Assembly: GCF_009914755.1 (NCBI RefSeq)
Contig: NC_060940.1
Direction: 5' to 3' (one strand)
Length of the DNA stretch: 64,000 nt
Source: the human T2T-CHM13v2.0 reference genome, Homo sapiens
In this document: piece by piece, positions 14,226-34,916 of the stretch
Layout of the letters: each line of letters begins with the position of its first letter
Numbering within the stretch: position 1 is the first letter of the stretch
Program-made: the position numbers and the translations under genes
The notes under the pieces: generated by a model
What the model saw: the letters and a program-made list of their open reading frames with translations, nothing else
Databases searched by the model: none
What the model was told of the DNA's origin: nothing

Positions 14226-16670
14226 AGGACGGTTCAACATATACGAATCAATAAATGTGATATACACATTAACAGAATGAAGGACAAAAACTATATGAAT
14301 ATCTCCATGGATGCAGAGAAAGCATTTGACAAAATTCAACATCTTTCTGTAATAAAAACTTTCAACAAATTAGGTATCAATGTCCATATAACACAATAAA
14401 GGCATATATGATAGGCCCACAGCTAACATCATACTCAATGGTAAAAAGTTGAAAGCTTTTTCTCTAAGATCAGAAACAAGATGGATGCCCATTTTCACCA
14501 CTTCTATTCAAGTTCTAGCAATTAGTCAAGAAGAAGAAATAAAGGCATTAAAGTCAGAAAGGAAGAAGTGAAATTGTCTCTGCAGACAACATGATCTTAA
14601 ATGTAGAAAACCCTAAAGAGTCCACCAAAAAAAAAACTGTTGGAACTAGTAAATTAATTCAGTAAAGTTGCAGGATGCAAAATCAACATAAAAAAATGAG
14701 TAGCATCTGTATACACTAACAATGAACTATCTGAAAAAGAAATCAAGAAAGCAATTTCATTTATAATGGCTACACAAATACTTAGGAATTAATTTAACGA
14801 AGGAGGTGAAAGACTTGTACACTGAAAACTATAAAACATTGGTGAAAGAAATTGAAGAAGACACAAATAAATGGAAATATATCCCATCTTCCTGGATTAG
14901 AAGAATTCATGCTGTTAAAATGTTCTTAGTACCCAAAGTGATCTACAGATTCAATGTAATCTCCATCAAAATTCCAATGATATTTTTTATGTAAACAGAA
15001 AAAAGTCCCCAAATTCATGTGAAACCACAAAAAAACTCCAAATAGCAAATTGTGAGCGAAAAGAACAAAGTAGGAGGCATCACATTATCCAGTTTCAAAA
15101 TATACTATGATGCTATAGTAATCAAAAATATAACATGATACTGGCATACGAACAGACTGGTAGACCAATGGAATAGAATAGAGAGCCTCAAAATACATCC
15201 ACGTTTAAGGCCAATTGATTTTCAGTAAATATGCCAAGAATACACAATGGGGAAAGGACAATCTTTTCAATAAATGGTGTTGGGAGAACTCCACATGCAG
15301 AGAAATGAAATTAGACCCTTATCTCATACCATATACAAAAAAAAAACACAAATGGACTAAAGACTTAAATATAAAACCTGAAACCATAAATCTACTAGAA
15401 GAAAACATTCAGGAAAAGCTCCATGAGACTGGTCTGGGCAATGATTTTCTGGATATGACCCCCAAAGCACAGGCAACAAAAGCAAAAATAGACAAGTGGG
15501 ATTATATCAAACTAAAAAGCTGTGCAAGCAAAGGGAGCAATCAATAGAGTAAAGAGATAGCCTACAAAAAGGGAGAAAATATTTGCAAGCCATACATCTG
15601 ATAAAGGATTAATATCCAGAATATATAAAGTATTCATACAACTCAATAGCATGAAAACATATAACCTGATTAATGAAAGGGAGGCAAAGTACCTGAATAA
15701 ACATTTTTCCACAGAAGACATACAAATGGCCAACGGGAATATGAAAAAATAACCAACATCACCAGTCATCAGAGAAACGCAAATCAAAACCACAATGAGA
15801 CATCCCTTTTAGAATGGCTACTATGAAAAAGACAAAAGATAACATGTGTTGGCGAGGATGTGGAGAAAAGGGAGCCTTTGTATACTGTTGGCAGGAATGT
15901 AAATTAGTACAGCTATTATGAAAAATAATATAGAGGTTTCTCAGAAAGTTAAAAATAAAACTACCATATGATCCAGCAATCCTAGTACTATTTATATACC
16001 CAAAGAAAATGATTCAATATGTCAAAGAAAAATCTGTACCTCATGTTCATTGCAACATTATTCACAATAGACAAGATATGAAATCAACCTAAGTATCCTT
16101 TAACAGATGAATGATTAAAGAAAATGTGGTGTGTATATACATAATGAAATATTGTTCAGCCTTAAAGAAGGAAATCCTGTCTTTTGTAATAACATGGATG
16201 AAACTGGAGGACATTATATTAAGTGAAATAAGCCAGGCACAGAGAGATAAATGCCATGTAATCTCGCTTATATGTGGAATCTAAAAAAGTCAAACACATA
16301 GAAGCAGAAAAGAGAATAATGGTTATTAGGGGAGGGGAAGGAAGGTAGAACTGGGGAGATGTTGGTCAAAGGATACAAAAATTAAGATAAGCAGGAAGAA
16401 CAAGTTCAAGAGACCTATTGTACAACATGGTGACTACAGTTAATAACAATGTATTGCATACTTGAAAATTGGTAGGACAGTAGATTTTAAGTGCTTTCAC
16501 CACAAAAGAAATGATAAGTATGTGAGGTAACACATGTATTAATTAGCTTGAGTTAGCCATTTCACAGTGTATCCATATTTCAAAACATCAGGTTGTACAC
16601 TACAAATATATACAATTTTTGTTTGTATATTTAAAATTTTTTAATATTTAAAAATTCAACTCAAAAATAA
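14226..16670 (+). mobile_element. 5'-truncated L1MA-type element (ORF2 3' half plus 3' UTR)
   Basis: ORF fragments [11 protein letters not shown]...WKYIPSSWI and [18 protein letters not shown]; L1MA-type 3' UTR ctattgtacaacatggtgactacag. Confidence 0.85.
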
Positions 16671-16676
16671 ATTCTT

Positions 16677-16987
<311 letters not shown>

Positions 16988-16989
16988 TT

Positions 16990-18420
16990 CAGTAGGCAGA
17001 ACTTTGCACTACGCACCTTGTCATTCACTTTGCATGGAAAGAGAAGAGACTCAAAGTAAGAATGTACTGACTCATGGTCAAATGGCTTGGCTACAGGTCA
17101 GGGGGATGGAAGGAGAAAATTTGGAAGACTGGAGAAAAAGACATCTGAGAAAAGGACATATAGGTGGACTTATGGGGATGTACAAAAAGTATGAAGATCT
17201 TTGTTTCACATGTTAACACCTACAAGAGGTATCTATCAACAACCAAGGAGAAAAGTGACTCAGCCAGATGATGTTAGCCAACCTCTTCCATTGGCCAGCT
17301 CAGTACTGGCACAATTGGTGAATAAATATAGTGACAAGGATGGAGGTTATGCAGAGGCCCAAACAGCAGAAGTCTCCACTGACTAAGTCTTATCTAGCTA
17401 CTGCTGCTTCTGAATGTCAAAGTTGTCATCAAGACAGAGCAACACTGAGGCCTCAAGATAGCATCATCCCTCAAGGACACCAAGTAGCCACATGGTGGCA
17501 AGCTGAATGCACTGGATTCTTTCCATCACAGGAAGGGTAATGATTCATCTTGGCTGGAACTGATACTTATTCTGAGTATGGATTTATCTTTCCTACTTAC
17601 ATGGCCTCAACCAGCACCACTATCCAAGGGTTGACAGAATGTTTAATCCTCCAATATGGAATCCTACACATCCTTGCATTGTACTTTATAGCACTGTATA
17701 AAGGGAATGTACTTTGTAGCACTGCAGTTGCAGTGGTGGACACATGAAAATGCATTTCAGTGATCCTAATACAAATCACGAAATCACAACAACTAGAAGC
17801 TGTCAAACTGATGGAGTGATGGAACAGACTCCAGTAGCCCTTTGAAGCTGCAGGGATGGGATACAAGCATATATCCTAGATCAGTAACCATTATATGGTC
17901 CCATGTCGCTAATAGAAAGAGGACCATGGATTGAAGAAAGAGTAGCACTATTTACCGTCACCCCCAGGAATTCACTTGGGAAATTTCTGCTTCTTATCTC
18001 TGCAATTCAATGCTGTTACACAACGGAAGTAGACAGGAATGTGTTTGGCAGCCAAGGGATGTTTAAGTAGTCCCTTACTAAATTTTGATTGCTCAATTTA
18101 AAAAGACAAGTCTAGTAGCCATGGCTACTACACCCCCCTCTCCTATCACCAGGTAAGTGACCTAGACCAGTGGAGGTGCTAGCTGAGGGTAAGAATGTAA
18201 ACCTGATAGTACCTGTATAGTAGGAAAGGCAGATGATCAGTTTAGGGTGAAAGACCAGTTGAAGAGCCAAGGAGCTATTTTTCCCTCCATGAATGTTACT
18301 TTCACGTTTCCCCAGCAAAAGAAACCAACCAAAATCCTGGAGGAGCTATTCCTAGATGGAAAGAAGTTATATGAAGTCATGGATCCAAATGACATGAGGG
18401 ATGGACAGAGTAGTGTCTTC
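16990..18420 (+). mobile_element. ERVL-type internal remnant (RNase H/integrase), copy 1
   Basis: HQVATWWQAECTGFFPSQEG and GTDTYSEYGFIFP resemble ERVL integrase (WWQVDYIGPLP..., TGIDTYSGYGFAFP). Confidence 0.7.
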
Positions 18421-19009
18421 TGTGGTGTGTAGTCCAGGCCTCCCTGCAGAATGGAGACCCTCATTCCCCAGCTTCCTTAGAGTGCTGTCTGTTGAGGGCA
18501 TATGACTAAGTTCATGCCCTAGGAATTGCCCTCAGGCCAAAAGAAACTGTGTAGTAGAAGTCACATCCTTGGGGCAAGAACTTAATTTGAATTCATATTG
18601 ATTGTTGTCAACAGAATTTTAAGTACTGTATGGTATGTGCGTGAAAGGAAAAGAACATTTGAAATGAGCTAATGTAGAGTGGATCTATTGGGGAACTATT
18701 GGTGAATAATGATGATGTGGTCAGTGAGGTTCACTGAAGTTCACAGGGTTATTTGAACAGAAAACAACTGGGAGAGGTGGATTTGACACTCAGATTGGGG
18801 GACTGCACAAATAATAAGTTATCTGGGCTTCAGTTTTCTCATCTAGAACATGAGGGACTAAATGACTGCCAAGTATCTTCCAGCTTCTATATTCTGTAAT
18901 GCTTAAGTACTCTGCAGAATATTAAAATGAACAGCACTGGGAGATAGCCCATGGGCTTGAAAAGTGAGGAAAAACAGAAACTGCCAGAGAGAGTTTGTTA
19001 AAACCTTAA

Positions 19010-19675
19010 AAACCTGCACATGGCTGTTTATAACAGTTGTATTCATAACTGCCAAAACTTGGAAGCAACCAAGATATCCTTCAGTAGGTTAATGGCTACA
19101 CAAACTGTGGTACATCCAGACAAGGGAATATTATACAGCACTAAAAAGAAATCAGATATTAAGCTAAGAAAAGACATGGAGAAGACTTAAATGTATATTG
19201 CTAAGTAAAAGAAGCCAGCATGAGAAGGTTATATATTGCATGGTTCTAAGTGTATGACTATCTGGAAAAGGCAATACTATAATGTAGAAACATCAGTGGT
19301 TTCCAGCAATTTGAGGAAAGTAAGAGAGGGATACATAGGTGGAACACAGAGGATTTTTATGGTGATGAAACTATTCTGTATGATACTGGTGGATATCTGT
19401 CATTATACAGTTGTCAAAATTCACAGAACTTTACAACACAAAGAGTGAACGCTAATGTAAACTATGGACTTCAGTTATAATAATGTATCAATATGTATCA
19501 ATTGTAACCAATATACCACATTAATACATGGTGTTAATAATAGGGTAAATTGTGTACAGAGGTAGGGATTGGGTGGAGAGTGGGATAGGAAGGTAGTGTT
19601 ACATGGGAACTCTGTGTACTTTCTGCTCATTGGTTTCTGTAAACCTAAAATTGCTCTAAAAAACAAAGTCTACTA
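19010..19675 (+). mobile_element. Old L1M 3' end (L1MC-like), copy 1
   Basis: ataactgccaaaacttggaagcaaccaag...aaacctaaaattgctctaaaaaa. Confidence 0.7.
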
Positions 19676-20071
19676 ATTTTGAGAAATTTGATGAAAAATG
19701 AATATTCATGTAGTACCAAGGTATAAACTCAGAGATCACTGGCTAATTACAGAGGAAAATATACCATTACAATATAGACATCTGGCAATCACCACCTTAA
19801 TTTAGGAATGAAAATTAGCATCACTGGCAGTGGGACAACCAGACATAAACTTCATAATGTGCCACTATTGGAAGTATACGACATCACCTTTGAATGATTC
19901 TGGCCAAAAAATTTAACCTGAATGTAACCAAGTCTTTAAATTTAACTTCAAACTTCAGAAAATTGAGGGGATAGACAAACAAACTTAATGAAACCATGAA
20001 CAGTCCCACAAATCCAGAATGTGAGATATTCTACGTGACAACTAGCATGGTTCCTTTAAAATGTCAATACC

Positions 20072-20379
<308 letters not shown>

Positions 20380-20381
20380 TT

Positions 20382-21812
20382 CAGTAGGCAGAACTTTGCA
20401 CTACGCACCTTGTCATTCACTTTGCATGGAAAGAGAAGAGACTCAAAGTAAGAATGTACTGACTCATGGTCAAATGGCTTGGCTACAGGTCAGGGGGATG
20501 GAAGGAGAAAATTTGGAAGACTGGAGAAAAAGACATCTGAGAAAAGGACATATGGGTGGACTTATGGGGATGTACAAAAAGTATGAAGATCTTTGTTTCA
20601 CATGTTAACACCTACAAGAGGTATCTATCAACAACCAAGGAGAAAAGTGACTCAGCCAGATGATGTTAGCCAACCTCTTCCATTGGCCAGCTCAGTACTG
20701 GCACAATTGGTGAATAAATATAGTGACAAGGATGGAGGTTATGCAGAGGCCCAAACAGCAGAAGTCTCCACTGACTAAGTCTTATCTAGCTACTGCTGCT
20801 TCTGAATGTCAAAGTTGTCATCAAGACAGAGCAACACTGAGGCCTCAAGATAGCATCATCCCTCAAGGACACCAAGTAGCCACATGGTGGCAAGCTGAAT
20901 GCACTGGATTCTTTCCATCACAGGAAGGGTAATGATTCATCTTGGCTGGAACTGATACTTATTCTGAGTATGGATTTATCTTTCCTACTTACATGGCCTC
21001 AACCAGCACCACTATCCAAGGGTTGACAGAATGTTTAATCCTCCAATATGGAATCCTACACATCCTTGCATTGTACTTTATAGCACTGTATAAAGGGAAT
21101 GTACTTTGTAGCACTGCAGTTGCAGTGGTGGACACATGAAAATGCATTTCAGTGATCCTAATACAAATCACGAAATCACAACAACTAGAAGCTGTCAAAC
21201 TGATGGAGTGATGGAACAGACTCCAGTAGCCCTTTGAAGCTGCAGGGATGGGATACAAGCATATATCCTAGATCAGTAACCATTATATGGTCCCATGTCG
21301 CTAATAGAAAGAGGACCATGGATTGAAGAAAGAGTAGCACTATTTACCGTCACCCCCAGGAATTCACTTGGGAAATTTCTGCTTCTTATCTCTGCAATTC
21401 AATGCTGTTACACAACGGAAGTAGACAGGAATGTGTTTGGCAGCCAAGGGATGTTTAAGTAGTCCCTTACTAAATTTTGATTGCTCAATTTAAAAAGACA
21501 AGTCTAGTAGCCATGGCTACTACACCCCCCTCTCCTATCACCAGGTAAGTGACCTAGACCAGTGGAGGTGCTAGCTGAGGGTAAGAATGTAAACCTGATA
21601 GTACCTGTATAGTAGGAAAGGCAGATGATCAGTTTAGGGTGAAAGACCAGTTGAAGAGCCAAGGAGCTATTTTTCCCTCCATGAATGTTACTTTCACGTT
21701 TCCCCAGCAAAAGAAACCAACCAAAATCCTGGAGGAGCTATTCCTAGATGGAAAGAAGTTATATGAAGTCATGGATCCAAATGACATGAGGGATGGACAG
21801 AGTAGTGTCTTC
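20382..21812 (+). mobile_element. ERVL-type internal remnant, copy 2
   Basis: Duplicate of 16990-18420. Confidence 0.7.
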
Positions 21813-22401
21813 TGTGGTGTGTAGTCCAGGCCTCCCTGCAGAATGGAGACCCTCATTCCCCAGCTTCCTTAGAGTGCTGTCTGTTGAGGGCATATGACTA
21901 AGTTCATGCCCTAGGAATTGCCCTCAGGCCAAAAGAAACTGTGTAGTAGAAGTCACATCCTTGGGGCAAGAACTTAATTTGAATTCATATTGATTGTTGT
22001 CAACAGAATTTTAAGTACTGTATGGTATGTGCGTGAAAGGAAAAGAACATTTGAAATGAGCTAATGTAGAGTGGATCTATTGGGGAACTATTGGTGAATA
22101 ATGATGATGTGGTCAGTGAGGTTCACTGAAGTTCACAGGGTTATTTGAACAGAAAACAACTGGGAGAGGTGGATTTGACACTCAGATTGGGGGACTGCAC
22201 AAATAATAAGTTATCTGGGCTTCAGTTTTCTCATCTAGAACATGAGGGACTAAATGACTGCCAAGTATCTTCCAGCTTCTATATTCTGTAATGCTTAAGT
22301 ACTCTGCAGAATATTAAAATGAACAGCACTGGGAGATAGCCCATGGGCTTGAAAAGTGAGGAAAAACAGAAACTGCCAGAGAGAGTTTGTTAAAACCTTA
22401 A

Positions 22402-23067
22402 AAACCTGCACATGGCTGTTTATAACAGTTGTATTCATAACTGCCAAAACTTGGAAGCAACCAAGATATCCTTCAGTAGGTTAATGGCTACACAAACTGT
22501 GGTACATCCAGACAAGGGAATATTATACAGCACTAAAAAGAAATCAGATATTAAGCTAAGAAAAGACATGGAGAAGACTTAAATGTATATTGCTAAGTAA
22601 AAGAAGCCAGCATGAGAAGGTTATATATTGCATGGTTCTAAGTGTATGACTATCTGGAAAAGGCAATACTATAATGTAGAAACATCAGTGGTTTCCAGCA
22701 ATTTGAGGAAAGTAAGAGAGGGATACATAGGTGGAACACAGAGGATTTTTATGGTGATGAAACTATTCTGTATGATACTGGTGGATATCTGTCATTATAC
22801 AGTTGTCAAAATTCACAGAACTTTACAACACAAAGAGTGAACGCTAATGTAAACTATGGACTTCAGTTATAATAATGTATCAATATGTATCAATTGTAAC
22901 CAATATACCACATTAATACATGGTGTTAATAATAGGGTAAATTGTGTACAGAGGTAGGGATTGGGTGGAGAGTGGGATAGGAAGGTAGTGTTACATGGGA
23001 ACTCTGTGTACTTTCTGCTCATTGGTTTCTGTAAACCTAAAATTGCTCTAAAAAACAAAGTCTACTA
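22402..23067 (+). mobile_element. Old L1M 3' end, copy 2
   Basis: Duplicate of 19010-19675. Confidence 0.7.
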
Positions 23068-23463
23068 ATTTTGAGAAATTTGATGAAAAATGAATATTCA
23101 TGTAGTACCAAGGTATAAACTCAGAGATCACTGGCTAATTACAGAGGAAAATATACCATTACAATATAGACATCTGGCAATCACCACCTTAATTTAGGAA
23201 TGAAAATTAGCATCACTGGCAGTGGGACAACCAGACATAAACTTCATAATGTGCCACTATTGGAAGTATACGACATCACCTTTGAATGATTCTGGCCAAA
23301 AAATTTAACCTGAATGTAACCAAGTCTTTAAATTTAACTTCAAACTTCAGAAAATTGAGGGGATAGACAAACAAACTTAATGAAACCATGAACAGTCCCA
23401 CAAATCCAGAATGTGAGATATTCTACGTGACAACTAGCATGGTTCCTTTAAAATGTCAATACC

Positions 23464-23930
<467 letters not shown>

Positions 23931-24122
23931 GTCTATGCCATTTAGCAAGGGATTAAGTATGGAGAAATCTACTGGATTACAAAATAAGAGACAAAAACAA
24001 AATGTAGTGTCCAGTTCTCGATTGGATCCTGGCTTTTAAAAATTGCTATAATTGGGAAAAAATTAAGAAAATGTGAATCATAGGGTGTAATTATGCAAAC
24101 CTAGATGGTGTATATACGTATA

Positions 24123-24432
<310 letters not shown>

Positions 24433-24962
24433 TAAGGAAAATCAAATGTTCCAGCACCACTACTGAGCATCAGTCATTCCTCTACTTGAGCTGCAATGCC
24501 ATATCAAGGGCCATATACTGTTTATCAAGTTTCTATATATGTTCCAGTTTAATCTTATGAGACCACCACAGTGTAGATGGTCGACTAGTTGACTGAAATG
24601 TGTTACATGGGGCATGACTGTTTATATTTGAAAATATTTGGGAGTTGAATAATTTTAAGGAATTACTGATAACTTGGTGTGAAAGGATAAGGGAATTGTG
24701 GTTATGCAAGAAAATGGCTTTAGTTTTTGAATATGCAGGCTTAAGTATACAGAGGCAAATTAGCATGATGCCTATAATTTACTTTTAATTCAAATTGAAA
24801 AATTACATAAAGAAAACTTGACAAAATATTAACAATTAATGGGATTTAGGTGGTGGTTATGTGGGTGCCCATTTTTTCTACCTTTCTGTAGGCTCCAATG
24901 TTACATAATTAAAAGGGAAAAAATGGGGCCACAAGAGAAGGTACAATTAAACATTAATGGGT

Positions 24963-28106
<3,144 letters not shown>

Positions 28107-28133
28107 AGGCAAAGATACAAAAAAAGTTTATAA

Positions 28134-28469
<336 letters not shown>

Positions 28470-28800
28470 TTATTTGTTTAAATACTATAAACACTAATAT
28501 CATACACATGGTTAACTGGTTGTAATTTTTAAATTATATTAATAAATTTTTATAAAAACTTTTTATAAATAAAAAACTTAAAATTTCAAATAAATAACAA
28601 CATCTGCCACACTACCTTAAAACGGCGACTATTTCAGTATTATAAACATATATCACAGACACTTAGAGAAAGTTCAATAAATAAAGAATAAAAAGAAAAG
28701 GTACAACAATTTTCCTCCTAATCAAAAACACAATTCCTCATTTTGAAAATTATTTCTTATCTCTCTTTTATTAAAATAAACTTTCTACTTTGAAATCTAA

Positions 28801-29155
<355 letters not shown>

Positions 29156-30532
29156 TATATTTTTATTTTTTTATAAGTGACAATGAGATGTCCTCATGAT
29201 TTAAATAGTAGTCAAAACACTGGCACAGTTTAAATTTTTAGAATTTGAGTACTAGAATTACAATATTTGAAAATGGAGTCTGTACTTTGTTGTAAAACTA
29301 TAAAGAGAAAATGTCACTAAAACAGTAGCTATTTTATCTTTTCCCAGAGTTATTCTCCCAGAGTGTATTTTCTAAGAGTTATTTCCCAGACGGTTTTAGA
29401 ACTTTTGGCAGTTTCGGTGATATATTCTGTAAACGCCCTTAGTCTTAATAGGGATAACACATAGTTTTGATTGCCTTAAATTTTAATTGCTTCACTTGGC
29501 AAATGTATGTGTAAATTTCATATTCTGTGGTATTTTAATATCTTGCTTGTGAGAAGAGGAAAAAGAGGAATGAAAGTAATATTCAGTCCTTGCATTGAGC
29601 TTTTGCCAAAGAAGTCTAAAGAATTTCTAAAATGCCATTCAATAAGGCCATTTTAGAAGTGTTTATATGACTCTTATAACTTTAAAATAAAGAGTCTTGA
29701 AGTTAACTAAAACTCACTTTGCTTGTGATGGGTTCTACATTAACATGGCAGATTTAATCAGCCAGAATTAAAAGGTAATTTTATATTACTAAGGAGAAGA
29801 AACTGCCACATGACAGTAGTCTCCAAGTCTTTCATTTTTGGAGGCTGCCTTTTATGTCTAGATTTTAAAATACTAATTGAAAAAAATATAGTTTACTTCC
29901 ATTTGTGATTTAATTTTATTTCTATAAATAAAAATATAGATAGTGTTTCAACTAAAAACCGCTAAACCAGACTTTCATTTTAAGGGCATGGCAGAAATAA
30001 GGAAAGACTAACTTGGTTCTATTACTTAACATATTATTTATTCAGGTAGTCAACAAAACCAGAATTTAAAATCTATTCGGTTAACCCATTTAAAGTTGAT
30101 GTGTTTTACTCCCTTTTTTTTCTTTTTGTAGTGATCTTTTTAACTGAATTACTGGATATCATAGGGAGTTCTACTCCTCCTATTTGGAAACTTAGGCTAT
30201 CTTACCAAGTTCAACATTCAGTTTTTCTTTCTGCCGTTAAGTTTGTTTAATTTTATATTAAGCTCAGTTTGCATTATGATATCAAATTCAGCCTGAGGGA
30301 TTACTTTAAACTTTCCTAGGGTATTTACAGATTTAATTTGTTCTTACAGTATGTAAATACCAAGACAGCATTCCATTTAATATTATTTTTATTAAATTAA
30401 CTTTGGAGTAAAAAGTCCAAGAAAAGCCCTGTACCGAAATCCTGGATTTTCTACATATTTCTACTTTAAAATTCTTCTGTCATGTGAAATAATTCATTAA
30501 AAGAAGTAGGCAGATGATGACAGGTAAACTTT

Positions 30533-30748
30533 TTAATGATGTTCTAATGCTGGCAATTGCAGTATTATTTTGCTTGGATCATAATGGCGTGTGAGCATTT
30601 TAAGCCCCAGAATGCCCATAAGTAGAGCTCCATTTGGAGCTGTGATCAAGATGGCTAAAAATGCTACTGTCATCACATCCTTTGCATATGGTTCCAAGTG
30701 GGGTGCGGAGACTGTTGCTGTTTCTAGAGCCAGAGGACCTAACACAGC
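30533..30748 (-). pseudogene. SLC9B1: SLC9B1-like terminal coding exon
   Basis: tgtag acceptor; AVLGPLALETATVSAPHLEPYAKDVMTVAFLAILITAPNGALLMGILGLKMLTRHYDPSKIILQLPALEHH*. Confidence 0.92.
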
Positions 30749-31199
30749 CTACATTTAGGGGTAAAAATGGGGCATAAAGAAAAATATTAAACTGAGTTAA
30801 TATATAATGTAAATGGCTCTGTTAAAATAAACAAAATCTAGTACTAGACTATTAGAAAAAAAAAGTACTCAGTAATTTTCATAAGTTACTCATCAGTTCC
30901 ATGTTCTTCCTAGCAAATATATGTGGAGGAAGAGTACAATAGTGACAAATCAGCATGCAAACATTTTTCGGCTGATTTTGCACTCTTGTCCTCTCAGTGT
31001 TCCTCTATTCAAATATCTCTTTTGAGTGTTGCCCTCATAACACCAGGAGTTCTAACGAAACTGGTTTTGCTTAGTTGCCTTTATCGTGTACCAGTGGATT
31101 TTGACTACAAGAAGACAAAATAAAATATTAAGTTTTCTTCTGGTTCTCTAGGATTTGTTGCCCTTCTTCTCATTGTTGTCCTTATTCAGGGGGCACTGG

Positions 31200-31425
31200 G
31201 TTATAGCAGAACTGACAGCAGGCTTGGAATCTAGCAAACTGGGTTTGAATTCTATTTTTGCTTCAACCAGGCTAGTGACCTTGTACAAATGACTCACACT
31301 CTCTAACCTTCTACTTACTTACGTGTAAAACGAAGAACAAAATACTTATCTTACTGGACGGTTGTGAAAATTAAATATTAGGATGTGAAGAATACCTGGC
31401 ACAGAGTAGGTATTCAGATAGTAGT
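31200..31425. mobile_element. MIR
   Basis: ctgggtttgaattct...gtgaccttgtacaaatgactcac...ggttgtgaaaattaaat. Confidence 0.6.
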
Positions 31426-32769
31426 AAGTTTCTTTCTCCTTCACTCCTCATCCCCTGCCAGGTCAGAGATTGAGTTCCTTTGAAGTTTTTGTTTTAGAAT
31501 GACTCTACTGGGTCACAGGTTTTTTTCCCTAGTTACCTTCTACCACATTATTTTTAATAACATAAAGCAAATTTCTTGCTAACTCTCTTTCCTTGTGTTT
31601 AATAACTAGGCATGAAATTGCCTTAAAATTTGGGGGAATTAAATACCAATATATAACATATTTTCGATGGAGTTGCAAAGTAACAACATAATAGTAGAAA
31701 CATTACCTCTGATATGGAACATTATGGCAAAAGAACCCCTCAATTTAAGATCAATTTCTATATCCTAAATCAATAATTTAAAATGGTATTATTTTTATAT
31801 CATAACTTTCAATGTACTGAACATGATCCAGTATGCTGGAGGATGCTAGGGAGAAAAAAATAATCATGCAGAAAACCACCTTGAAAGAATCTTACAGTTT
31901 AGAAGAGGATTTGAACATAAAAGAACTGCCAACAGAAAAAACAAAAACAAAAACCAAACCCATTGACTTTTAAGAGATGATGACGATAATGGTGAAACTA
32001 GAAATAATATTTTTATAGTTATATGGCATTCATCATATGTCAGGTATCATTCTTAAAGCTTTCCATTTATCAATTCATTTAATTCTTATGACAACCTTAT
32101 TATGTGAGGACTTTTATTAGATGATAAATGATTTCCTCCTAGTGACTGAGATTTAATATTATTTCTTTAAAAAAATCCAATTGCCAAGCTGATCTTACAT
32201 TTGTAAATTAAATTATTTATTTACTCTCCTAATAGCTTCTATTTTTCCAGTCTAATTTTTATCAGTAACTCAAAACTAAGGAACAAGAGAAAGATGATCC
32301 TTAGCCAATTTTATTTTAGCAGCAGAGAACGGCGGAAGAGGATAAAGGTGAAAATAATTTAAAATTGAAATTTAAATATTTGTTGATCGTATTTACTTGT
32401 GACATTATTGTTATCTATTATTGCTGTTGTGACTCTACTTGTATAAATAATTAATTTTTTATGTCTTGCCAGTTCCTGGAACCAGCCTGATATTCTTTTT
32501 GTAGAAGCTAGCCTGGAGCCAGCAGACAGGAATAGGCAGAAGCAGAATAATACTGCAGGACTCGAGTGAGTGGTCTCTTTCCTCATACCAGCTTTTCTTT
32601 TTTCCCTGCTTTATGAAAATTATGAAATAATGAAACAAAATTGCAAGAGTATTGTTGGAAGGAGAGAGAACAGATACTCCTTTTGCAGATTTATTATTCC
32701 CTAGAGTAGACATTAAAAATAAAAAGTTATTATTTATATTTCTTGAAGGTAAGATAAAATAACAGCATT

Positions 32770-33000
32770 GTTTTTTAACTGAGCACCACCATATGCCAGA
32801 GAGAGTGCTAAGCACTTTACATGGATTATCTCATTGAATCCTGACAACACTGCTAAGAAACAGATACAGTCATAGACTTCATTGTAAGATGAGAACACTG
32901 AAGGACTGAGAGACTAGAAAATAATTTTCCTGAGGTTATAGGCAAGTAACATGGTATTCAAAACAGGTAGTCTGGCCCTATGAACCTGCTTTTCTAACAT
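32770..33000. mobile_element. MIR
   Basis: gagcaccaccatatgccag...taagcactttacatggattatctcattgaatcc. Confidence 0.6.
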
Positions 33001-33473
33001 GATAATAGAGGTTTTTTTGCATGAAAATTTAGGAGCTTCTGTTTTGGAATAACAACTAAGAAAAGAGTCACAGGAAATTAAGGTATATTATGCTGCCAAG
33101 TTAAACAGTCTAACAAGAAGTAGCAATATATTTTAGTAGGAGGAGAATATCCTTGAATAACAGGGCAAAATTACAAGGTTTCCCTTTCCGTTCATTCATC
33201 CTTGCAGGCATGCAATACGTATTTGCCTCCTGCATGTCAGGCACTGTGTTAAGTGCCAGGGAGAAATAATGAAAAACAACGGCAACAACCAGACACTGTC
33301 CCTGTCCTTACGTAGTCTATCAAGGGGGCGGGGGCAGGGATTTAGCCATTAACCAAATAGTATACAAATAAATGTGTAATTAAAAAAATATATGTGCATT
33401 TGTGTGATGGAGTGAGTGGCAAGGTAGGAAAAGTATTTTTTAAAAAAATCAATGTGTCTCTATTTTACTTTAC

Positions 33474-33765
33474 TTTTTTTTGTGACAGGGTCTCACTTTG
33501 TCACCCAAGCTGGAGTGAAATGGCGTGACCTCAGCTCACTGCAGCCTCAACCTCCTGAGTTCAAGCAATCCTCCTTCCTCAGCCCCCAAGTAGCTGTGAC
33601 TACAGGTGCGTGCCACCACACCTGACTAATTTTTTTGTATTTTTTGTAGAGACGGGGGTTTTACCATGTTGCCCAGGCTGGTCTTGAACTCCTGAGCTCA
33701 AGTGATCTGCCTGCCTCAGCCTCCCGAAGTGCTAGGATTACAGGCATGAGCCACCATGCCTGGCC
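33474..33765 (-). mobile_element. AluJ
   Basis: Antisense Alu. Confidence 0.85.
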
Positions 33766-33968
33766 TGTGTCTCTACTTTTTAAAATCATAACATTTAGCT
33801 TTGTTATATTCAGCAAAATATAAAAACTCCAATTTTCAGATATATTCTTATTATATATTTTAGGAAAATAAAAAACATATTTTCATAAACTTAGGAAGTA
33901 CTTATTGAAAGAATACTTTTTGATTTCAAAATAATTGCTTTTAAAACTGAGATTTCAAAAGGTTACAT

Positions 33969-34762
<794 letters not shown>

Positions 34763-34916
34763 GGTTACGTTAATTTTAATGAATAGTTATGATCAATCAA
34801 ACATTTAAAAAGTAAGGACAATAGCTCATATTTTGTGATTGGAGTAACATTTTTCATTTTAAATTTTAAAAGCATCAAAACAAAAGCATTAAGCAATAGG
34901 CTTAATATGTTCTTAC

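Noticed and set aside
29338-29392. Short imperfect repeats (ttcccagagttatt...)
   Set aside because: Local slippage-scale duplication; too short to interpret.
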